From assembly GCA_965645245.1 (NCBI GenBank), contig OZ287071.1:496001-560000 (forward strand): a stretch of 64,000 bases of DNA. The letters run 5' to 3'. Below the pieces are notes generated by a model. That model had not been told where the DNA came from, did not search any database, and worked only from the letters and a program-made list of their open reading frames with translations. Shown here one piece after another: positions 37,336 through 50,303 of this stretch (positions are counted from its first letter, which is position 1; every line of letters starts with the position of its first letter). Made by a program: the position numbers and the translations under genes. The stretch comes from Massalongia carnosa. Taxonomy: Eukaryota.

Positions 37336-39206
37336 CAGAGGCGAATCTCAAAAGTAATGATAATACGCTAAAAGCTAGTGCCGTAATTTAAATTTTCCGT
37401 ACCGAGCAAAGTTTCCCCTTTTCTTTCCCCTTTTCTCATCCCAAATCATTGACGAACCAACATATGATCAAATCATCATCATGGTCAATAAATCTGCTGA
37501 TATTTCTTTGCGGGCTCAGGGCTTGACGTTGTCTTATTGCACCCCGGCCTCAATTGAATTTATTGCAGCTACTATAGGTTATTCTGTCCCCAACATTTAT
37601 CGTATTCGTCGCATTGCCAGGGATCGAGGATTTGATCCCGCCATTTCTTTGCAGGTGCTTGATAAATACGCCCGTCATGAAGAAAAATCTGGTCGACCGA
37701 GAAAGGCTACTACTGAGAAAGAAGATGAAGTCATTGATCTAGTCATAAAAGACAGATACGCCCGTGAAAAAACCAGTGCCCAGTTGGCAAGAGAAGTTGG
37801 ACTGTCCAGATGCACCGTGTGGAGAATCCTAAAACAAAGAGGCTATAAAAAAGTCAAACCGTCGTATAGACCAGGGCTTACTCCTGAAATGAAAGCGGCT
37901 AGACTGGCTTTTTGTCTCCTGTATAAAGACTGGACCGTGGAGGATTGGAAGCGGGTTATTTGGTCAGATGAAACAGCAATAGTGCTTGGTCACCGTCGCG
38001 GAGCTGTCAAAATTTGGCGTACAACCAAGGAAGGAAGAAGACCAGTCAAATCCACCGTACGTGCTAGGTGGCATGGGGCTCATGAATTCATGTTTTGGGG
38101 ATGCTTTTCCTACGATTGGAAGGGGCCATGTCATTGCTGGAAACCGGAGACAAAAGCGGAAAAAGCGGAAGCCAAAGCCAAGCTTGACGAGATGAATGCT
38201 GCATTGGAAGCCAGTGAGAGATTAAATTGGGAGCTGACCAATGGAATGAGACGTCTTTCAACTCGCAGTTTACCAGGAAAAAAGCCGCAATGGAAATGGG
38301 ATGAGGAACATGGAAAGATGATCAGAAAAGAAGGTAAAGGAGGCATTGATTGGTGGCGGTATCAAAACGTCATACTTCTGCCAAAACCGATTCCTTTTGC
38401 TCAGCAATGCAATGCAAAAAGAAGAGAAGCCGGATTGTCTGAAATGATCGTACAAGAAGATAAGGCTCTGTCTCATGCTTCCAAGCATCAGATTCCCATC
38501 TTCTCTCGTCATGGCATCGAGCGTCTTTTATGGCCCGGAAATTCTCCTGATCTCAACATGATTGAACCCTGCTGGCCCTGGATGAAGCGACGTACAACTG
38601 CCAAAGGTCCTCCTAGTTCTCGGTTAATTGCTGAATCTATGTGGCATCGCACTTGGGACGATCTACCTCAGGAGAATATTCAGGCATGGATTGAAAGAAT
38701 TCCACGTCACATTGCAAAAGTCATTGAATTGGAAGGTGGAAATGAGTATTGCGAAGGACGTTTGGACGTTGATGGAAGGACCAAAGAAGGAAAAATGCGA
38801 CTTCAACAGCTGAGGGAAGAATTGCTCAGTAATACAGCAAAACCAGCTTCTTCTTCTTCTTCTTCTTCTTCTTCTGTAGCGTCAACGAGACCATCATCCA
38901 GACAATCAAATGATGATGCACCCAGAACGTTGAATGTCAGGGCAGTTACCCCTGAGCCCCCTACACAGAAGCCATTGACACCCCCCTTATTGAGAAAAAG
39001 AGCCGATTTATCTCCGAAAAATTACCTTCCCCCACGCATTCAAAAGGTGGTTCGTACTGCAGCCAGTTTCAGACCAAAAAGACGTTGATTAGATGGTTGG
39101 TAATGGCATTTGTAGATAGTTGGTAGAATTTCAGGCTCGGTATGGAAAATCTAAATTACGGCGCTAGTCTTTAGCGTATTATCATTACTTTTGAGATTCG
39201 CCTCCG
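37336..39206 (+). mobile_element. Tc1-family DNA transposon, full length (1871 bp), 72-bp TIRs, TA target duplication
   Basis: 37336-37407 and 39135-39206 are inverted copies with 6 mismatches; TA at 37334-37335 and 39207-39208. Confidence 0.93.
37481..39088 (+). CDS. Tc1 transposase, DD34E, uninterrupted 535 aa
   Basis: SGRPRK, HTH region, VIWSDE, FMFWGCF, QED...WPGNSPDLNMIE with 34 residues between the second D and the E. Confidence 0.92.
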   Translation: MVNKSADISLRAQGLTLSYCTPASIEFIAATIGYSVPNIYRIRRIARDRGFDPAISLQVLDKYARHEEKSGRPRKATTEKEDEVIDLVIKDRYAREKTSAQLAREVGLSRCTVWRILKQRGYKKVKPSYRPGLTPEMKAARLAFCLLYKDWTVEDWKRVIWSDETAIVLGHRRGAVKIWRTTKEGRRPVKSTVRARWHGAHEFMFWGCFSYDWKGPCHCWKPETKAEKAEAKAKLDEMNAALEASERLNWELTNGMRRLSTRSLPGKKPQWKWDEEHGKMIRKEGKGGIDWWRYQNVILLPKPIPFAQQCNAKRREAGLSEMIVQEDKALSHASKHQIPIFSRHGIERLLWPGNSPDLNMIEPCWPWMKRRTTAKGPPSSRLIAESMWHRTWDDLPQENIQAWIERIPRHIAKVIELEGGNEYCEGRLDVDGRTKEGKMRLQQLREELLSNTAKPASSSSSSSSSVASTRPSSRQSNDDAPRTLNVRAVTPEPPTQKPLTPPLLRKRADLSPKNYLPPRIQKVVRTAASFRPKRR

Positions 39207-39460
39207 TACACATATTCATATTGCGGGTTACACCTTCTGGATGGTTTTTATATTATTGGCTTTTTTGAATCATCAACCATTCAGTCATTCAGTTCCTTAC
39301 CTCTATAATTAAAGGTCCTACTCGGCAGCGGTCCTGCCGGATTATCCTCTCCAAATCCTTGCTCCTGTTCGAGCTGACTCCATGATGTGGGGGTCTAGCC
39401 GGGTATCACAAAATCCATAGCGCAATTCAACAAACGCTCATCCAACACCTCCTTCGTGAT

Positions 39461-40914
39461 TCAGCCATCTGTAAAAAACTCGCCATGCTCCGAGCATCGG
39501 TGTTTGCAACCACAGAACCGGGCGCTGGGAAATAACATAAGTTAGAACCCGATCGTATAGGTTTGAGCTCTGAAGGGCGCATGGGATAACTTGAACTTAG
39601 AACTTACTCGGCACTCCACACTTCCTTCTGCCAAAGCTTGATTTCTTTGGGGTCTGTTAAGATGCCTTTTCGTTCTACAGCCAGCGTTTCCAGCCATTCC
39701 TCCTTCTGATCATCCTTGATGCATCCTTCAAACTCGACGTGGGGGACATCCCTTAAACACCTTCGAGCTGCAGCCCAGATCCATTGACAGACTGTTCGCT
39801 GGCATGTGTATCTTAAATGCTTGGTGGCTATATGCTCGCGTGGATGCGGAAAGTTAAAGCGTATATGCCGTAATCTGAGCCGATCCGAAAACAGGGATTC
39901 CCTGAAGTAGTAATCTGCCGTACTAAAGCCTGGAGTAGGGCTATGCCGAAATACCTGGGCGCCGAAGACGTCAAGAAAGTCTCTATGATCGAAATTTAGC
40001 TCTAGAGACCGTAGGGCGTAGAAGCTTGGTTTTGAAATGCATTCGAAGAAGCGCATTAGCTGGCCATGCTTGCGAAAGATGAAGGTTACTTGCGAGAAAA
40101 GTATCGAGATTGCTTCGTTTCGAAGTTGCTTGCTGGCGAGGAGTAGATTCGCATTCGGGGAAGGGAGTGGTGGAAGAGTCGATGGGCGGTAAACATTAGA
40201 GTATGGTTCGGTAGCGTCGCCAATAGCATAACCAAGTATCATATCACGTAGTTCGGGCGGAAGGTCCATAAACCTGAAAATATTGACTGACCACCATCTT
40301 TCGTACACCATCTGATGGAAACGTTTGGGAATCTCAAGCTGAGCAAGAACGGCTTGGCTTAGATTTACCCGCCTCCAGAACACATAGTTTTTGAAAGGTC
40401 CCTCCCAAGTACTGATTTTGAAGGTGTCGAGTAACTGAGGCAATGGCATGCTGATGCTGTTCTTCCGCACCATAACTTTTCCTCGTGCAGTAATCCAAAG
40501 ATGAATCCTCACCGGTAAGTTCCTTGGTGATCGAATGCTGTATAGATCCGTTGTGGATGTTCCACCATGTACGTATGGGATGCTGCTACTGGCTGGGAGC
40601 AGAACGATGCGGTCGACAAGGTTGTCCAGATTCTCCTCATTTCTTTGATTTATGAGTTTCTGTGCAGCCTTGAAAGCAGGTGTTACCTCGAACCGTTTGA
40701 CAGGCCATGGATCCCAACCGATTAACTTCGATGGGTCCTTGAGCAAGTAGAAACTTTTCCATGGATTTTTTGGTGAAGGCCGAGGGATGAGCTTTGAGGT
40801 TAACTTGGGGCTTTTCTTCGGGCTTGCTTTAGGACTGGCGTGAGGACTGAACTTGGGGCTGGACTTGGAATTTGGTGTCGAAACATACGGCGAAACAGGC
40901 CAGGAGCGAGCCAT
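39461..40914 (-). CDS. Hypothetical protein with an internal F-box-like motif; probable intron 39607-39525; 3' end uncertain
   Basis: Long ORF from MARSWP containing FRFMDLPPELRDMILGYAI and LLLASKQLRNEA; GTAAGT donor at 39607. Confidence 0.65.
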
Positions 40915-41932
40915 GGTACGACTCGAGTCGGAAACTGCTTTGCTAGAATTCTGAAATAAAGAAGTGAATGAGAGCGATGCGCAAGCCAGGAGGTAGAAAA
41001 GTATCGAAAAGTTTGTTCGAGTGTGAATCGATTTCCGGATCACTCGGAAAATCACCCTTTCGTCAAAAGCCACCGGTTGAAAGTTCAAAGCTCGCTCATG
41101 TTCCTCAACGTTCAGAAAGCCTACGCAAACGTGAATGACCCAGCAACTACCACCATCGACGTCTTTTCAAAGACACAACTCGACTGTCGGCATACCGAAC
41201 GCAGAGTCTCTAAACGAGTATCGCCTTTCCAAGTGACGCGGACAAGGTCGATAAGAAGTAATAATGGTTTGAACCGATTTTTGGCTTTTGGCAAAGGTCA
41301 CGTACTGCCTGCCCATATCATACACAGTCCGAAAGACCTTTCTACAGAAGGCTTGGCGTTGCGGCGCACAGCAACAAGAGGTCTAGCTTATTGTGTCCTT
41401 TAATATACATTTGCAAGAACGAGTGACATTCTTATGATATTTTGACGATATTCTCCCTTCGCGTTATGATGGTTTGCAGATACATACCGAGTGCCACGGT
41501 AGGTAGAAAGCCAAGGGGGACGTCACGTGTACATGCAACAGTGAACTGCCATTGATGACTACGCTCAGCTAATCCCGTTCAGAGCTGGACCTTAACTCGG
41601 ATTGCATCAGGCAATGACAACAGCAAATACACTTTCCATGCATTCATCGCCAGCGCTTTCCTCCTGGGCGGGGTATCATGGCTAATTCTACATATCCCAT
41701 AATAAAAACTACTCGCAGTCAGAAAAAAGCTTAGCAATCAGTAATCAGCAATCAGCTTTCAGAGCAGAACTGAACAGCAGAGAGAAGAAAGCGCCCCTCC
41801 CAAGAAAAAATATATCCGGCAACTTGCGACAGCAGCGTCGCAAGGGAAGAAATCATAGGTAGCTCTCAATGTTGTAAGAATAAGTTTTCTCTTTCCTTCT
41901 TCCGATTGCATGACTCGTACTTGGACCACCGT

Positions 41933-44824
41933 TCATCGTCCGACATGACTGTCGCTCTGGCAATGCCGCACTAGAATTCTCACGTTGTTAATGAATCCTC
42001 CGACGATCCCCTCATACTCATTCGCGTATCCGTCTTTCAACAGCAAGCCATGCCTGCGAAGTTCAGCGGATGAGACTTCGACTTCCAGCTCGTGTTCCTT
42101 TTTGGTTTTAGAATTTGCCTACAGTAGCGTAGTTCATCAGCTTTATTCTCAGTAATTGATTTACAGCGATTCAACGGCTAAGGCAATGAGCTTACTTCAC
42201 TTACATCAGCCGGCGTGACCTGCGTAAGATCAATCTGGTATGCCAAGTGCTTGTAGCTCATCCGATCCTTGTTGCGATCAGCCCTTCTCCCACTTCTCGC
42301 TGGTGGCTCCACGAAAGCCTGCATGTCACCTTCAAAGTTCATCTCGAGATTAACGCTTATACGCCAGTCGAAGGCCGTACGAGGGCTGTACACATCTAAG
42401 TCGTTGATGCGTACTTTAACGATTTTGGCAAGTTCTTTGCCCGTTTTTTGATCTGTGGTGATACGAACCTTGGCCTTGGAGTGACGCGGGTTGAGCTGAG
42501 AGCGAATGGAAGCGGGAAGAATGAGGGCGCCAGACTGGGACAGCTCGTAGAAGGTATCGCACTCGTATGTGTGAACGTAGGACATGGGGACGTATGATTG
42601 AGATGGAGGTGAGGTGTCCTTAGGGGCTTGAGACTTGACTAAGGCCGTGTTGAGAAATCCATTCAAAGATCGGTGCTGTGCCTGATTGGAAACATAAGTA
42701 ACGAATGAACTGAGCATGTCTCGAACTTACTTCAGTCATGGAGCTTTTGAAGGCTACCCGAAGAGTCGGATCATGTTTGTCAAGCACGCACTCTGTAGTG
42801 ATTGGTAGTCGAAGGCGTTCGTTGGTAGTTTTGTCGATTAGTTGCCCTATCTTTGCTTCAATCTCTATTATAGCACCTTTGCTCGATCCACCTCCTAAGG
42901 GTCCAGCGCCAACGTCATCCCTACCAACAACCTCTTGATAAAGAAAATCGGAAACAACTCGAGTGACTTCCTCAAATGGAATAGGCCCGAGTGTGTTGCA
43001 CACCCCAGGTATTGAAAATGCCGAGCCTGCAATATTGGATTGGGGTCTCACAGTATGACCGCCTGGGATAGGATGGCCATTTGTAATTTGCTTTACCTGA
43101 CTCGTTGATGGGGGGTTATGAGCACGTAGAGGAGCTGCGGCTGGCATAGGCGTCAAAGTCGCTGGGGTTTGCTGGATTGGCTGGCCGGGTAGCTGCCGTT
43201 TATTTGATGAAACTGGATGGCCGCTTGCTGATCGTTTCGCTGTACGAGCAGATTGAGCATATACTGGAGGCACAGCATAGCGCACTCGCTTTTTGACGGG
43301 TTGAGGTTCTGAGCTGATTAGAGGCTTGAGAGCGCCCAACACTTCCTGGTTTAAAGGCTGTTGCTTCGTTGTGTCGTATTGCGTTGATGAAGCGAGAACC
43401 AAAGATGGTTGCGGAGGTAGTGATGATTTTGAAACTGCCTCTGAGCGTGATATTTTTGGAGAAGATGTAATCTGCTGCGTTGAAGACTTTTCGCTGGATA
43501 CATTCATCGATATCACACTAGAGTTTCGAGAAGCATATAACTCTGGGATAGATGGGGTTTTTGGCATAGTGCTTGTACTGATATTTGACACTGCAGACCC
43601 TGTTGCGGAATCTGATTCCTCGGGTTCAGCGGCTTTGAATAAGCAACCTTTTGGAGTGATCATGAGCGGTTCCTTTGCATTGTTCATCACGTCACGTACA
43701 GGTGGCGCATTAATCAATGTCTTCATCTCCACAGGTCGAGTCCGTTTTGAATTGTAGAAGTCTGTTTGCTCTTGTGGCCCAATAACTCCTGATTTTTCTT
43801 CGCTTGTTATGTGGTTCGCAGAAGTCATCACATGCGTGGCTTGATCTATTCGCCTTTCCATCAACAGTCCCTCTGGTTGGCGAACGCTTGATTCACCTGG
43901 CAATTTAGTCTTGGGGCTGACGCTTAAACTCCTTTTACGTTCATACCTCTTTTGGTAACTTTGGGTACGTGAAAAAGATTGCTGAGATTCGGGAGCTAAC
44001 AGCGGTATAGCAGAGGTTACGGGCGGTTCTGCTTTAGGCGAAGGGGTTATTGGCTGTGACTGACCGTAAGATCCTGCAGAGAGATTACGCTGATGTTCGT
44101 ATGATTCTGGGGACTCCTTAACTAGATTCGAGGTGGGTCTGGCAAACACCGAAGGCGGTCCTAGCAGTGTCCCTGGTTGAGAAAGATAGTGTTGGCTTGA
44201 CTGCGATTGGGAAAAGCTTCGCGACTGAAACTGAGAGGCCTGAGGGGAGTCTCTGAAAACGTTGGGTAGCTGGTTCTGAGCAGATGTTGGAGTTGATACG
44301 AATTGTGTTGAGGTTTGACGGCTAGGATGGGGGGAGGCGTGTGAACCGGTCGGTGTCGTAACAGTTGGTTTCTGTGATACAGGTGTTTGCTGACCATAGG
44401 ACTGATAACTCGTTCCTATCGAAGCCATATGCCCCTCTCGTTGTGCAGATGGCGACGTTTGGATGCCATGCGTGGAGCCTTGTGTTGGATGCTGAGGGAA
44501 CGGATATTGCCCACCACTATGTGTGGAAGAAGGCGTGTGCTGGTAAGGCGATTGTGCGGAGTTGTGTGATGACCCCCCAGGAGAACGAAGGTCATTGTAT
44601 ATGGGTGGTTGAAGAGGGGGTGGTTGGGGAGGTCTTGACTCGCGCTGTCCCGTGTGGGCCGAAGACAACGCTTCATAAGGGCTACGAAGTCTTGGTGCCG
44701 CTGGTGGATATGGCGGTTGCTGTTGCTGTTGATATACTGGTATAGCCGTTGTTCTCTGACGTGAGACGGTCTTCGCCAAAGCTGCGTCGGATGTTTCGGT
44801 ATCGATGATTGATCGAATGTCCAT
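41933..44824 (-). CDS. CET1: mRNA 5'-triphosphatase (capping enzyme beta subunit); introns 42730-42682, 42204-42119
   Basis: Triphosphate-tunnel motifs IEIEAKIG, KVRITTD, DWRISVNLE, RNKDRMSY, QIDLTQV, HELEVE; PPVYAQ motif; long low-complexity N-terminus. Confidence 0.9.
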
Positions 44825-45651
44825 CGCAATAAGCTAGGTCAAACCTCCTCTACTATCCAAATGAGAACACCACACAAGCCCCAGTCCGTCCACAACCTTC
44901 CACTGTACCTGCTCCCAGATAAGCATGGATGAAGAGCTACAGTAGTGGAGACTCTTCAGGAAGCGGGAATATAGTCAAACGACGGCCTCTTCAATCCTTG
45001 GCTGAAGCCGCCTTTCCTATGAAATTCCAAACGTAGACTGCTTGAAATTCGAGGTTATAGTCGGGCTTCAACATTTATATACTCGTTGGCTGCGCTGGGG
45101 GCACTGATCAGATATAAACAGAACTGATGTTGTTAGAGCCCTCCATTCCTTACGCCACAATAGATAGACACATAACGTTGACCGCAAAATGCAGATAGGT
45201 ATGCTACGGTTGACAGAGGTACTAATGCATCACTTCCAGGCCACAAACAGCATCTACATACTCTTAGTTAGGTAGACGTAAATTCTACAGAGCACTCGTT
45301 TTACAGCGTATGACTTTCGAAAACTTGTGGCTGGCACACAGCAATTCAGCCGCATGACTAAGCATTATTTAATTCAGATCGCCTTGCAGGCGTAGCTTGA
45401 CGTGGCTACCTGAACTTATTCATCATTCGTTCATCAACTCGACTTTGCGCTATACTACCGCTGAATATCTTTTTCGGAAAGCATATTGGCAGCTTCTGTC
45501 TCCATCTAAAAATTAAACGTGATTCTTAACTTGAAGTTGGTGCTTCCAGACTATTTCTTCCATTTGCCTCGAATACCTTGACCTCCTCCTTTCATCGATT
45601 CTTGGTGGGCGCAAATATCTGCAACTCTTGACAGAAGTTCAAAAAGTAACC

Positions 45652-48600
45652 ATGGTCGGTCTCACCTCAGCTGCAGGTGTTGTCGGCTTTCTGTCGGAGC
45701 CGGATCCTGAGCTGCAAATATTTGCCTTACGGAAGCTGAATGAGCAAATCGACTCCCTCTGGACAGAGGTTGCTGGATCAGTAGGAGAGATAGAAGCGCT
45801 CTACGAGGATCCCTCTTTTCCCGAACGTGAACTTGCTGCTTTGGTCGCTTCCAAAGTCTACTACAACCTTCAAGAGTACAATGAGAGCATGGTGTTCGCG
45901 CTAGGTGCCGGGAAGCTCTTTGACTTGAACCACGAAGGGGAATATGAAGACACTATTATATCTATATGTGTGGATACCTATATCGCTCTTTCCGGTACTC
46001 CTCTTCCAAGTAATTCTAGCCAACCTCCTGCCCAACTCATTACGGCTTTTCCCTCAACAACAAACGGTGCTTCAAGCACATCTGCAAGCCTTGCATCACC
46101 AACCACCCCATTCTCACAGTCCACGTTACCCTCCAAATCTCTTCTCTCACGCCAAGATAGCACTACCACCTTTGATCCGTCGCTGCAAGGAGGTGGTGGT
46201 CAGGGTGTGCTGCCAACATCAGTTGCGTCTCAGAGTGGCGTGCAAAGACAGCTGAACGAGACAATTCATCAGCTATTTGAACGCTGCTATCAACAAGGAC
46301 GATATCGTCAGGTTGTTGGAATTGCGGTGGAAGCGCGTGAGTTGGACGTTCTCCGACGGACTATACTTCGGGCAAGTGAAGACGAGAAGAGGGAGAACAA
46401 GACGGATACAGATGTAATAGGGCGGGGAGAGGAGCTGATTGAGTATGTCCTGGAGATTTGCATGGACGTGGTACAGGAGAATGGTCTGCGTAACGAGGTA
46501 TGAGCTCCACATACGACTCACTTAATCATGGCTGACGGTTGGCCTGTAAAACAGCTGCTCCGTCTCATTCTGGACCTTTTGCATGAGATACCCTCTCCCG
46601 ACTACTTCTCGATAGCAAGATGTATCGTTTATCTTGATCATCATTCAATGGCCTCTGATATCCTGAGTCAATTAGTCATGAAAGGGGATTCGAAGTCTTT
46701 GGCTATTGCCTACCAGATTTCTTTCGATTTTTATGACAATAGCACTCAAAAGTTTTTGAAAAGGGTTAGGGAGGAGCTACCATCCGCCCCTAAACTACCA
46801 GCAGCGCCGCCAAAGGACAGCGAAAATTTCGTGGACGATGATAATCGCGTGAATGCTCAAGAGACGGACCAACTCTTACAGGATACTAACGACAATGCTG
46901 GACCTCTGCAAGCTTCGATTCAAGGATCTCCAACCAAAGCCGAACCTATGTCTCCAGAAGCCGCGAAAGCTTTCGACTCTATACGGGAAATCCTCCAAGG
47001 GACGAAATCGATCGAACTGGATTTGGAGTTTCTCTACCGTAACAATCACACGGATACAAGCATACTGAATAAGATAAAGGATAGCCTTGAGGCTAGAAAC
47101 TCGATTTTTCATACAGCTGTGACGCTGGCAAACGCCTTTATGCACGCAGGAACTACAAATGATAAGTTTTTTCGTGACAACCTTGAATGGCTTGGGAAAG
47201 CGGTTAACTGGTCCAAGTTCACAGCTACCGCAGCACTGGGAGTCATTCACCGAGGAAACTTAGGGCAAGGACAGAAGCTTCTAGATCCATATCTGCCGCG
47301 AGATACTATTACAGGCTCCAATAGTGGCTCAGCTTATAGCCAAGGAGGCTCGCTTTATGCGTTGGGCTTGATTTATGCTAACCATGAGACCCTTGCGCTG
47401 GACGTCATACGGGAGCATTTCAAAAAGGCGACCGAAGAGGTTGTACAACATGGTGGTGCGCTAGGCCTTGGTGTCGCTGGCATGGCCACTGGAGATCAGG
47501 GTATATATGAGGAACTGAAAGCAGTCTTATATACTGACTCAGCACTCAACGGCGAGGCTGTAGGAATCGCTATGGGTTTGATCATGCTCGGGACCGGCAA
47601 CATCAAAGCTCTTGAGGGCATGATTCAGTATGCACACGACACACAACATGAGAAAATAGTTCGTGGACTTGCTCTTGGGATGGCTCTTATCATGTACGGT
47701 CGACAAGAAGGTGCTGATGAGCTGGTGAATGGGCTTCTGGATGACCCCGACTCTATCCTGCGATATGGAGGCATCCAGACGCTTGCTCTGGCCTACTGCG
47801 GTACAGGAAGCAACAAAGCAGTACGAAAGCTACTGCACGTGGCAGTCAGCGATGTTAGTGATGATGTTAGACGAGTCGCTGTTATGAGCCTTGGCTTTAT
47901 CCTTTTCCGAAAGCCTAAAAGCGTGCCTCGTATGGTAGAACTGTTGTCAGAATCCTACAATCCACATGTCCGCTACGGAGCTGCCATGGCGTTAGGTATT
48001 TCATGCGCCGGTACCGGGTTGGATGAAGCTATCGATCTGTTGGAGCCAATGATCAAAGATCCTACCGATTTTGTGAGACAAGGTGCTCTTATCGCGCTTT
48101 CCATGATCATGGTACAGCAGAACGAGGCGATGAACCCGAAAGTGGGGACAATCCGCAAGACCCTTCAGAAAGCTATTGGGGATCGACATGAAGACGCGAT
48201 GACGAAATTTGGAAGTGCCATCTCAATGGGCATTATTGATGCTGGAGGCCGTAACTGTACTATCAGCCTACAAACTCAGACCGGGAATTTGAACCTGGCT
48301 GGCATTGTTGGAATGACTGTGTTTACTCAGTACTGGTACTGGTTTCCTTTAACTCACTTCTTATCTTTGAGCTTTACCCCCACGTCCGTAGTGGGCTTAG
48401 ATCAGGATCTTGAGATACCAAGTTTGAAACTCCACAGTGCAACGCGGCCCAGTCTCTTCGATTATCCTCCAGAGCAAGAAACCAAGACCGAGGATGCACC
48501 CGAGAAAGTCAAGACTGCAGTACTATCAACCACAGCACAAGCCAAACGGCGAGCGCAAAAGAAAGAGAAGCAGCAAAGACATGAAAGCATGGACATTGAC

Positions 48601-49236
48601 CAAACCCCTACTACGCCAAAGATCAGCAATCTGAGCGATAAGATGGATATGGACGAGCCCACAACAAGAGCTGACGAGGAGAAAGAGGGTGACAAGCAAG
48701 ACGGGGCAAAGAAGGACAGCGAGGAAACAAAGGATACGCTAGCTCAACCAGAAGGGTTGAGAAAGAGGATGGAAAAAGAAAAGGTGGGGTATAGCATCGA
48801 AAATATGTCGCGGGTCCTTCCGGCGCAATTGAAATTCATAAGCTTTCCCGACGGGAGGTATGAGCCGGTGAAAAAGGTATGATGCTCACATTTTAACCAT
48901 TATTGATAAACCCATAAGCTAACGGCCACACAGCCAACAGGAGGAGTTATCCTACTGATTGACACAGCACCTTCGAAACCCAAAACCCTCCTGGAGCTCA
49001 AAGCTAGGAAAAACACTAAGCCCGCCGCGGCCCCCGAAACCCTTCAAGACCGCGTGACGGCAGCCTTTAACGAGCAAGATGCTGCGGGGGGCATTGGACA
49101 GGGGCTCGGAGGCGCGGCGGAGGCTGTGGGGGTACTCACGGCGGTGGACGAGGATGGAGAGGGAGCGGAGGAGGCACCCTTACCAGCGGAATTCGAGTAC
49201 TTCTCGGACGAGCCACAGGACGAGGACTTAGAGTGA
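45652..49236 (+). CDS. RPN2: 26S proteasome regulatory subunit Rpn2; introns 46498-46554, 48877-48933
   Basis: MVGLTSAAG, FFRDNLEWLGKAVNWSKFTATAALGVIH, PC repeats, LSESYNPHVRYG, DAGGRNCTISL, ENMSRVLPAQ. Confidence 0.96.
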
Positions 49237-49735
49237 TGGATCCTACCGCCATTTTCGATTCGCTAGTGTCGCTACTATGTCCCCATTTTTCTCCACAGCC
49301 ACTTGGTGCGCCAAGCGTCCTGGCGGTTAGAACTGAAACGCCTGTTAGAATCGGGCTCGGTTTTCGAGCTGCTGCTCTGAGCAATAGATATTGTATTATA
49401 CCAGAGCCACCATAACTTAATCGGATCTATGTCGCACGTCACGGCAAAAGTCTCATGCTGAACCTGTTTATTACCCAATCAAAGACTCGCCTACACGAGA
49501 GATATCATCTCGCGTTCTCCCCCTCTTCCCTTCATCTTCTCTCCTCCATTTCCTCTCCTCGTTTCCATAAACCTTCATCACACGTCTTCCATGCCTACAT
49601 CATGATTCACTTTTAATGGACCTATCCGGAACCCATACTCATACCTACATACGCCCAAACTTCCCTCTGGAGCAGTCCGGAGCGGTAAGTAGGTCTAAGT
49701 CTTAGTCCATCCAACCCTTACGGAAAAGGTATTTT

Positions 49736-49818
49736 TTCTTCTTCTTCTTCTTCTTCTTCTTCTTCTTCTTCTTCTTCTTCTTCTTCTTCTTCTTCTTCTT
49801 CTTCTTCTTCTTCTTCTT
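49736..49818. repeat. (TTC)n microsatellite, about 27 units
   Basis: Read directly. Confidence 0.95.
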
Positions 49819-50303
49819 TTTGCCAACTTAACTGGAGGAGAAGGGAAGGAGAGGAGTGGAGGTTCTCTTGGGGTTTTACATATTTGTGCGAGATAGAAGA
49901 TACTGTATGTATGTATGTATGTAACGATATATGACTAACTGACTACCTCTCGGCCCAGGGGAACTGGCTGGGAGTTAACTGGTGGAACTATTTCTAATTT
50001 GGAAAAGGGGGGGGGGGGTGGATTGAATATGTCCATTTTCTTTGGGCGCGCCAACAGCAAGCGTTTCGGCCAAGTCCCCATCGACAGGGTTTTGGGTTGT
50101 TGTCTCCCTCTTACATATGCGGTTCGTTTTGGAGGTCGCTCTCTCCTTGCGAGAATGGAGGAAAGATATAAAAAGTGTTCCTATGAGTGAAAGGCTATGA
50201 ATGGGCAAAAGAAAGGGCCGTCTCCAACTGCAAGATGACCTCTAGTGGACCTCCCTAACCAATAACTCTACCAAACCAACCCCCCCTCCTCCCCGGGGGA
50301 AAC

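Noticed and set aside
41500..41800. TGATGA-containing stretch as a box C/D snoRNA
   Set aside because: No well-placed D box, terminal stem or identifiable rRNA guide. I also recognised no tRNA or rRNA gene anywhere in the window by eye.
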